Positions 55,439 through 64,000 of a stretch of DNA of 64,000 bases are shown here, one piece after another. Within the stretch, counting starts at the first letter, position 1. Each line of letters opens with the position of its first letter. The DNA is from Eledone cirrhosa (lineage: Eukaryota): the NCBI GenBank assembly GCA_964016885.1, contig OZ024760.1, positions 186,001-250,000 on the forward strand, read 5' to 3'. The position numbers and the translations under genes are program-made. The notes under the pieces were generated by a model. The model was given only the letters and a program-made list of their open reading frames with translations. It made no database searches and was not told the DNA's origin.

Positions 55439-58400
55439 GTGGTGGTGGTGTGCTGTTGTTGTTGGTGTTAGTACTGTTGGTGGTGGTGGTGTGCTGTTGT
55501 TGGTGTTAGTACTGTTGGTGGTGGTGGGGTGCTGTTGTTGTTGGTGTTAGTACTGTTGGTGGTGGTGGTGTGCTGTTGTTGGTGTTAGTACTGTTGGTGG
55601 TGGTGGGGTGCTGTTGTTGTTGGTGTTAGTACTGTGGTGGTGGTGGTGTGCTGTTGTTGGTGTTAGTACTGTTGGTGGTGGTGGGGTGCTGTTGTTGTTG
55701 GTGTTAGTACTGTTGGTGGTGGTGGTGTGCTGTTGTTGGTGTTAGTACTGTTGGTGGTGGTGGGGTGCTGTTGTTGTTGGTGTTAGTACTGTTGGTGGTG
55801 GTGGGGTGCTGTTGTTGTTGGTGTTAGTACTGTTGGTGGTGGTGGGGTGCTGTTGTTGTTGGTGTTAGTACTGTTGGTGGTGGTGGGGTGCTGTTGTTGT
55901 TGGTGTTAGTACTGTTGGTGGTGGTGGGGTGCTGTTGTTGTTGGTGTTAGTACTGTTGGTGGTGGTGGGGTGCTGTTGTTGTTGGTGTTAGTACTGTTGG
56001 TGGTGGTGGTGTGCTGTTGTTGGTGTTAGTACTGTTGGTGGTGGTGGGGTGCTGTTGTTGTTGGTGTTAGTACTGTTGGTGGTGGTGGTGTGCTGTTGTT
56101 GGTGTTAGTACTGTTGGTGGTGGTGGGGTGCTGTTGTTGTTGGTGTTAGTACTGTTGGTGGTGGTGGTGTGCTGTTGTTGGTGTTAGTACTGTTGGTGGT
56201 GGTGGGGTGCTGTTGTTGTTGGTGTTAGTACTGTTGGTGGTGGTGGTGTGCTGTTGTTGGTGTTAGTACTGTTGGTGGTGGTGGGGTGCTGTTGTTGTTG
56301 GTGTTAGTACTGTTGGTGGTGGTGGTGTGCTGTTGTTGGTGTTAGTACTGTTGGTGGTGGTGGGGTGCTGTTGTTGTTGGTGTTAGTACTGTTGGTGGTG
56401 GTGGTGTGCTGTTGTTGGTGTTAGTACTGTTGGTGGTGGTGGGGTGCTGTTGTTGTTGGTGTTAGTACTGTTGGTGGTGGTGGGGTGCTGTTGTTGTTGG
56501 TGTTAGTACTGTTGGTGGTGGTGGGGTGCTGTTGTTGTTGGTGTTAGTACTGTTGGTGGTGGTGGGGTGCTGTTGTTGTTGGTGTTAGTACTGTTGGTGG
56601 TGGTGGTGGTGCTGTTGTTGTTGGTGTTAGTACTGTTGGTGGTGGTGGGGTGCTGTTGTTGTCGGTGTTAGTACTGTTGGTGGTGGTGGGGTGCTGTTGT
56701 TGTTGGTGTTAGTACTGTTGGTGGTGGTGGTGGTGCTGTTGTTGTTGGTGTTAGTACTGTTGGTGGTGGTCGGGTGCTGTTGTTGTTGGTGTTAGTACTG
56801 TTGGTGGTGGTGGTGGTGCTGTTGTTGTTGGTGTTAGTACTGTTGGTGGTGGTGGGGTGCTGTTGTTGTTGGTGTTAGTACTGTTGGTGGTGGTGGGGTG
56901 CTGTTGTTGTTGGTGTTAGTACTGTTGGTGGTGGTGGTGGGGTGCTGTTGTTGTTGGTGTTAGTACTGTTGGTGGTGGTCGGGTGCTGTTGTTGTTGGTG
57001 TTAGTACTGTTGGTGGTGGTGGTGGTGCTGTTGTTGTTGGTGTTAGTACTGTTGGTGGTGGTGGGGTGCTGTTGTTGTTGGTGTTAGTACTGTTGGTGGT
57101 GGTGGTGGGTGCTGTTGTTGTTGGTGTTAGTACTGTTGGTGGTGGTGGTGGTGCTGTTGTTGTTGGTGTTAGTACTGTTGGTGGTGGTGGTGCTGTCGTT
57201 GTTGGTGTTAGTACTGTTGGTGGTGGTGGGGTGCTGTTGTTGGTGGTGTTAGTACTGTTGGTGGTGGTGGTGGGGTGCTGTTGTTGTTGGTGTTAGTACT
57301 GTTGGTGGTGGTGGGGTGCTGTTGTTGTTGGTGTTAGTACTGTTGGTGGTGGTGGTGGGGTGCTGTTGTTGTTGGTGTTAGTACTGTTGGTGGTGGTCGG
57401 GTGCTGTTGTTGTTGGTGTTAGTACTGTTGGTGGTGGTGGTGGTGCTGTTGTTGTTGGTGTTAGTACTGTTGGTGGTGGTGGGGTGCTGTTGTTGTTGGT
57501 GTTAGTACTGTTGGTGGTGGTGGTGGGGTGCTGTTGTTGTTGGTGTTAGTACTGTTGGTGGTGGTGGTGGTGCTGTTGTTGTTGGTGTTAGTACTGTTGG
57601 TGGTGGTGGTGCTGTCGTTGTTGGTGTTAGTACTGTTGGTGGTGGTGGGGTGCTGTTGTTGGTGGTGTTAGTACTGTGGTGGTGGTGGTGGGGTGCTGTT
57701 GTTGTTGGTGTTAGTACTGTTGGTGGTGGTGGGGTGCTGTTGTTGTTGGTGTTAGTACTGTTGGTGGTGGTGGTGGTGCTGTTGTTGTTGGTGTTAGTAC
57801 TGTTGGTGGTGGTGGGGTGCTGTTGTTGTTGGTGTTAGTACTGTTGGTGGTGTTGGGGTGCTGTTGTTGTTGGTGTTAGTACTGTTGGTGGTGGTGGGGT
57901 GCTGTTGTTGTTGGTGTTAGTACTGTTGGTGGTGGTGGGGTGCTGTTGTTGTTGGTGTTAGTACTGTTGGTGGTGGTGGGGTGCTGTTGTTGTTGGTGTT
58001 AGTACTGTTGGTGGTGGTGGGGTGCTGTTGTTGTTGGTGTTAGTACTGTTGGTGGTGGTGGGGTGCTGTTGTTGTTGGTGTTAGTACTGTTGGTGATGGT
58101 GGGGTGCTGTTGTTGTTGGTGTTAGTACTGTTGGTGGTGGTGGGGTGCTGTTGTTGTTGGTGTTAGTACTGTTGGTGGTGGTGGGGGTGCTGTTGTTGTT
58201 GGTGTTAGTACTGTTGGTGGTGGTGGGGTGCTGTTGTTGTTGGTGTTAGTACTGTTGGTGGTGGTGGGGTGCTGTTGTTGTTGGTGTTAGTACTGTTGGT
58301 GGTGGTGGGGGTGCTGTTGTTGTTGGTGTTAGTACTGTTGGTGGTGGTGGGGTGCTGTTGTTGTTGGTGTTAGTACTGTTGGTGGTGGTGGGGTGCTGTT

Positions 58401-61400
58401 GTTGTTGGTGTTAGTACTGTTGGTGGTGGTGGGGGTGCTGTTGTTGTTGGTGTTAGTACTGTTGGTGGTGGTGGGGTGCTGTTGTTGTTGGTGTTAGTAC
58501 TGTTGGTGGTGGTGGGGTGCTGTTGTTGTTGGTGTTAGTACTGTTGGTGGTGGTGGGGGTGCTGTTGTTGTTGGTGTTAGTACTGTTGGTGGTGGTGGGG
58601 TGCTGTTGTTGTTGGTGTTAGTACTGTTGGTGGTGGTGGGGTGCTGTTGTTGTTGGTGTTAGTACTGTTGGTGGTGTTGGGGTGCTGTTGTTGTTGGTGT
58701 TAGTACTGTTGGTGGTGGTGGTGGGGTGCTGTTGTTGTTGGTGTTAGTACTGTTGGTGGTGGTGGTGGGGTGCTGTTGTTGTTGGTGTTTGTACTGTTGG
58801 TGGTGGTGGGGTGCTGTTGTTGTTGGTGTTAGTACTGTTGGTGGTGGTGGGGTGCTGTTGTTGTCGGTGTTAGTACTGTTGGTGGTGGTGGTGGGGTGCT
58901 GTTGTTGTTGGTGTTAGTACTGTTGGTGGTGGTGGTGGGGTGCTGTTGTTGTTGTTATTGTGAGTGCTGTTGGTGGTGGTGGGGTGATGTTGTTGTTGGT
59001 CTTTGTACTGTTGGTGGTGGTGGGGTGCTGTTGTTGTTGGTGTTAGTACTGTTGGTGGTGGTGGGGTGATGTTGTTGTTGGTGTTAGTACTGTTGGTGGT
59101 GGTGGGGTGCTGTTGTTGTCGGTGTTAGTACTGTTGGTGGTGGTGGTGGGGTGCTGTTGTTGTTGGTGTTAGTACTGTTGGTGGTGGTGGTGGGGTGCTG
59201 TTGTTGTTGTTATTGTGAGTGCTGTTGGTGGTGGTGGGGTGATGTTGTTGTTGGTCTTTGTACTGTTGGTGGTGGTGGGGTGCTGTTGTTGTTGGTGTTT
59301 GTTCTGTTGGTGGTGGGGTGCTGTTGTTGTTGGTGTTAGTACTGTTGGTGGTGGGGTGGGGTGCTGTTGTTGTTGGTGTTTGTTCTGTTGGTGGTGGTGG
59401 TGGGGTGCTGTTGTTGTTGTTATTGTGAGTGCTGTTGGTGGTGGTGGGGTGATGTTGTTGTTGGTCTTTGTACTGTTGGTGGTGGTGGGGTGCTGTTGTT
59501 GTCGGTGTTAGTACTGTTGGTGGTGGTGGTGGGGTGCTGTTGTTGTTGGTGTTAGTACTGTTGGTGGTGGTGGTGGGGTGCTGTTGTTGTTGTTATTGTG
59601 AGTGCTGTTGGTGGTGGTGGGGTGCTGTTGTTGTTGGTGTTAGTACTGTTGGTGGTGGTGGGGTGCTGTTGTTGTTGGTGTTTGTTCTGTTGGTGGTGGG
59701 GTGCTGTTGTTGTTGGTGTTAGTACTGTTGGTGGTGGTGGTGGGGTGCTGTTGTTGTTGGTGTTTGTTCTGTTGGTGGTGGGGTGCTGTTGTTGTTGGTG
59801 TTAGTACTGTTGGTGGTGGTGGGGTGCTGTTGTTGTTGGTGTTAGTACTGTTGGTGGTGTTGGGGTGCTGTTGTTGTTGGTGTTAGTACTGTTGGTGGTG
59901 GTGCTGTTGTTGTTGGTGTTAGTAGTGTTGTTGGTGGTGGTGGGGTGCTGTTGTTGTTGGTGTTAGTACTGTTGGTGGTGGTGGGGTGCTGTTGTTGTTG
60001 GTGTTAGTAGTGTTGTTGGTGGTGGTGGGGTGCTGTTGTTGTTGGTGTTAGTACTGTTGGTGGTGGTGGGGTGCTGTTGTTGTTGGTGTTTGTTCTGTTG
60101 GTGGTGGGGTGCTGTTGTTGTTGGTGTTAGTACTGTTGGTGGTGGTGGTGGGGTGCTGTTGTTGTTGGTGTTTGTTCTGTTGGTGGTGGGGTGCTGTTGT
60201 TGTTGGTGTTAGTACTGTTGGTGGTGGTGGGGCGCTGTTGTTGTTGGTGTTTGTTCTGTTGGTGGTGGGGTGCTGTTGTTGTTGGTGTTAGTACTGTTGG
60301 TGGTGGTGGGGTGCTGTTGTTGTTGGTGTTTGTTCTGTTGGTGGTGGGGTGCTGTTGTTGTTGGTGTTAGTACTGTTGGTGGTGATGGGGTGCTGTTGTT
60401 GTTGGTGTTAGTACTGTTGGTGGTGGTGGGGCTCTGTTGTTGTTGGTGTTAGTACTGTTGGTGGTGGTGGTGCTGTTGTTGTTGGTGTTAGTACTGTTGG
60501 TGGTGGTGGGGTGATGTTGTTGTTGGTGTTAGTACTGTTGGTGGTGGTGGGGTGCTGTTGTTGTTGGTGTTAGTACTGTTGGTGGTGGTGGGGTGCTGTT
60601 GTTGTTGGTGTTAGTACTGTTGGTGGTGGTGGGGTACTGTTGTTGTTGGTGTTAGTACTGTTGGTGGTGGTGGGGTGCTGTTGTTGTTGGTGTTAGTACT
60701 GTTGGTGGTGGTGGAGTACTGTTGTTGTTGGTGTTAGTACTGCTGGTGGTGGTGGTGGTGCTGTTGTTGTTGGTGTTAGTACTGTGGGTGGTGGTGGTGG
60801 TGCTGTTGTTGTTGGTGTTAGTACTGTTGGTGGTGGTGGTGGGGTACTGTTGTTGTTGGTGTTAGTACTGTTGGTGGTGGTGGGGTGCCGTTGTTGTTGG
60901 TGTTAGTACTGTTGGTGGTGGTGGGGTGCTGTTGTTGTTGGTGTTAGTACTGTTGGTGGTGGTGGGGTGCTGTTGTTGTTGGTGTTAGTACTGTTGGTGG
61001 TGGTGGGGTGCTGTTGTTGTTGGTGTTAGTACTGTTGGTGGTGGTGGGGTGCTGTTGTTGTTGGTGTTAGTACTGTTGGTGGTGGTGGTGGTGCTGTTGT
61101 TGTTGGTGTTAGTACTGTTGGTGGTGGTGGTGGTGCTGTTGTTGTTGGTGTTAGTACTGTTGGTGGTAGTGGGGTGCTGTTGTTGTTGGTGTTAGTACTG
61201 TTGGTGGTGGTGGGGTGCTGTTGTTGTTGGTGTTAGTACTGTTGGTGGTGGTGGAGTGCTGCTGTTGTTGGTGTTAGTACTGTTGGTGGTGGTGGAGTGC
61301 TGCTGTTGTTGGTGTTAGTACTGTTGGTGGTGTTGGGGTGATGTTGTTGGTGTTAGTACTGTTGGTGGTGGTGGGGTGCTGTTGTTGTTGGTGTTAGTAC

Positions 61401-64000
61401 TGTTGGTGGTGGTGGAGTGCTGCTGTTGTTGGTGTTAGTACTGTTGGTGGTGTTGGGGTGATGTTGTTGGTGTTAGTACTGTTGGTGGTGGTGGGGTGCT
61501 GTTGTTGTTGGTGTTAGTACTGTTGGTGGTGTTGGGGTGCTGTTGTTGTTGGTGTTAGTACTGTTGGTGGTGGTAGGGTGCTGTTGTTGTTGGTGTTAGT
61601 ACTGTTGGTGGTGGTGGGGTGCTGTTGTTGTTGGTGTTAGTACTGTTGGTGGTGGTGGGGTGCTGTTGTTGGTGTTAGTACTGTTGGTGGTGGTGGGGTG
61701 CTGCTGTTGTTGGTGTTAGTACTGTTGGTGGTGGTGGGGTGCTGTTGTTGTTGGTGTTAGTACTGTTGGTGGTGGTGGTGGTGCTGTTGTTGTTGGTGTT
61801 AGTACTGTTGGTGGTGGTAGGGTGCAGTTGTTGTTGTTGGTGTTAGTACTGTTGGTGGTGGTGGGGTGCTGTTGTTGGTGTTAGTACTGTTGGTGGTGGT
61901 GGGGTGCTGTTGTTGTTGGTGTTAGTACTGTTGGTGGTGGTGGGGTGCTGTTGTTGTTGGTGTTAGTACTGTTGGTGGTGGTGGGGTGCTGTTGTTGTTG
62001 GTGTTAGTACTGTTGGTGGTGGTAGGGTGCTGTTGTTGTTGGTGTTAGTACTGTTGGTGGTGGTGGGGTGCTGTTGTTGTTGGTGTTAGTACTGTTGGTG
62101 GTGGTGGGGTGCTGTTGTTGGTGTTAGTACTGTTGGTGGTGGTGGGGTGCTGTTGTTGGTGTTAGTACTGTTGGTGGTGGTGGGGTGCTGTTGTTGGTGT
62201 TAGTACTGTTGGTGGTGGTGGGGTGCTGTTGTTGGTGTTAGTACTGTTGGTGGTGGTGGGGTGCTGTTGTTGTTGGTGTTAGTACTGTTGGTGGTGGTGG
62301 GGTGCTGTTGTTGTTGGTGTTAGTACTGTTGGTGGTGGTGGGGTACTGTTGTTATTGGTGTTAGTACTGTTGGTGGTGGTGGGGTGCTGTTGTTGTTGGT
62401 GTTAGTACTGTTGGTGGTGGTGGGGTGCTGTTGTTATTGGTGTTAGTACTGTTGGTGGTGGTGGGGTGCTGTTGTTGTTGGTGTTAGTACTGTTGGTGGT
62501 GGTGGGGTGCTGTTGTTGTTGGTGTTAGTACTGTTGGTGGTGGTGGGGTACTGTTGTTATTGGTGTTAATACTGTTGGTGGTGGTGGGGTGCTGTTGTTG
62601 TTGGTGTTAGTACTGTTGGTGGTGGTGGGGTGCTGTTGTTATTGGTGTTAATACTGTTGGTGGTGGTGGGGTGCTGTTGTTGTTGGTGTTAGTACTGTTG
62701 GTGGTGGTGGGGTGCTGTTGTTGTTGGTGTTAGTACTGTTGGTGGTGGTGGGGTGCTGTTGTTGTTGGTGTTAGTACTGTTGGTGGTGGTGGGGTGCTGT
62801 TGTTGTTGGTGTTAGTACTGTTGGTGGTGGTGGGGTGCTGTTGTTGTTGGTGTTAGTACAGTTGGTGGTGGTGGTGGTGCTGTTGTTTTTGGTGTTAGTA
62901 CTGTTGGTGGTGGTGGGGTGCTGTTGTTGTTGGTGTTAGTACTGTTGGTGGTGGTGGGGTGCTGTTGTTGTTGGTGTTAGTACTGTTGGTGGTGGTGGGG
63001 TGCTGTTGTTGTTGGTGTTAATACTGTTGGTGGTGGTGGGGTGCTGTTGTTGTTGGTGTTAGTACTGTTGGTGGTGGTGGGGTGCTGTTGTTGTTGGTGT
63101 TAGTACTGTTGGTGGTGGTGGGGTACTGTTGTTATTGGTGTTAATACTGTTGGTGGTGGTGGGGTGCTGTTGTTGTTGGTGTTAGTACTGTTGGTGGTGG
63201 TGGGGTGCTGTTGTTGTTGGTGTTAGTACTGTTGGTGGTGTTGGGGTGCTGTTGTTGTTGGTGTTAGTACTGTTGGTGGTTGTGGGGTGCTGTTGTTGTT
63301 GGTGTTAGTACTGTTGGTGGTGGTGGGGTGCTGTTGTTGTTGGTGTTAGTACTGTTGGTGGTGGTGGGGTGCTGTTGTTATTGGTGTTAATACTGTTGGT
63401 GGTGGTGGGGTGCTGTTGTTGTTGGTGTTAGTACTGTTGGTGGTGGTGGGGTGCTGTTGTTGTTGGTGTTAGTACAGTTGGTGGTGGTGGTGGGGCTGTT
63501 GTTTTTGGTGTTAGTACTGTTGGTGGTGGTGGGGTGCTGTTGTTATTGGTGTTAGTACTGTTGGTGGTGGTGGGGTGCTGTTGTTGTTGTTGGTGTTAGT
63601 ACTGTTGGTGGTGGTGGGGTGCTGTTGTTGTTGTTGGTGTTAGTACTGTTGGTGGTGGTGGGGTGCTGTTGTTGTTGGTGTTAGTACTGTTGGTGGTGGT
63701 GGGGTGCTGTTGTTATTGGTGTTAGTACTGTTGGTGGTGGTGGGGTGCTGTTGTTGTTGGTGTTAGTACTGTTGGTGGTGGTGGGGTGCTGTTGTTGTTG
63801 TTGGTGTTAGTACTGTTGGTGGTGGTGGGGTGCTGTTGTTGTTGGTGTTAGTACTGTTGGTGGTGGTGGGGTGCTGTTGTTGTTGTTGGTGTTAGTACTG
63901 TTGGTGGTGGTGGGGTGCTGTTGTTGTTGGTGTTAGTACTGTTGGTGGTGGTGGGGTGCTGTTGTTGTTGTTGGTGTTAGTACTGTTGGTGGTGGTGGGG
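55439..64000. repeat. GT-rich satellite, ~41-bp unit (38-44 bp variants), more than 8.5 kb
   Basis: Unit ggtgttagtactgttggtggtggtggggtgctgttgttgtt; runs to the window end. Confidence 0.98.

Noticed and set aside
55439-64000. Telomeric repeat or coding repeat
   Set aside because: No TTAGGG or TTAGG runs; the 41-bp unit shifts frame and contains stops.

Overview
AT-rich, repeat-saturated animal intergenic or intronic DNA. The SINE, RTE and microsatellite content resembles an octopod cephalopod genome (inference, not verified). I find no credible host protein-coding gene; almost all listed ORFs are microsatellite or minisatellite artefacts. The real coding remnants are three 5'-truncated Penelope-like elements (PLEs) of apparently different clades (Neptune-like 535-1390, Hydra-like 4275-5931 framed by ~1.3-kb inverted repeats, Nematis-like 54299-55196) and several RTE-clade LINE fragments. 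The window also holds about 11 copies of one tRNA-derived SINE family, other SINEs, Helitron, piggyBac and Tc1-type non-autonomous elements, a 60-bp array with a 960-bp higher-order repeat, a 200-N gap and an 8.5-kb GT-rich ~41-bp satellite. The most striking signal is non-coding: about 20 type-I hammerhead-ribozyme (HHR) motifs (intact or decayed) in ~55 kb, mostly in short PLE-tail-derived fold-back elements in (TA)n/(CA)n tracts. Their inversion points often fall in or next to the ribozyme core, and many share a GAGTRC box near the 3' tip. One 560-bp non-coding unit with a well-formed HHR and ~187-bp direct repeats (13681-14426) looks like a retrozyme-type element. All structures were folded and aligned by eye; no searches were run.
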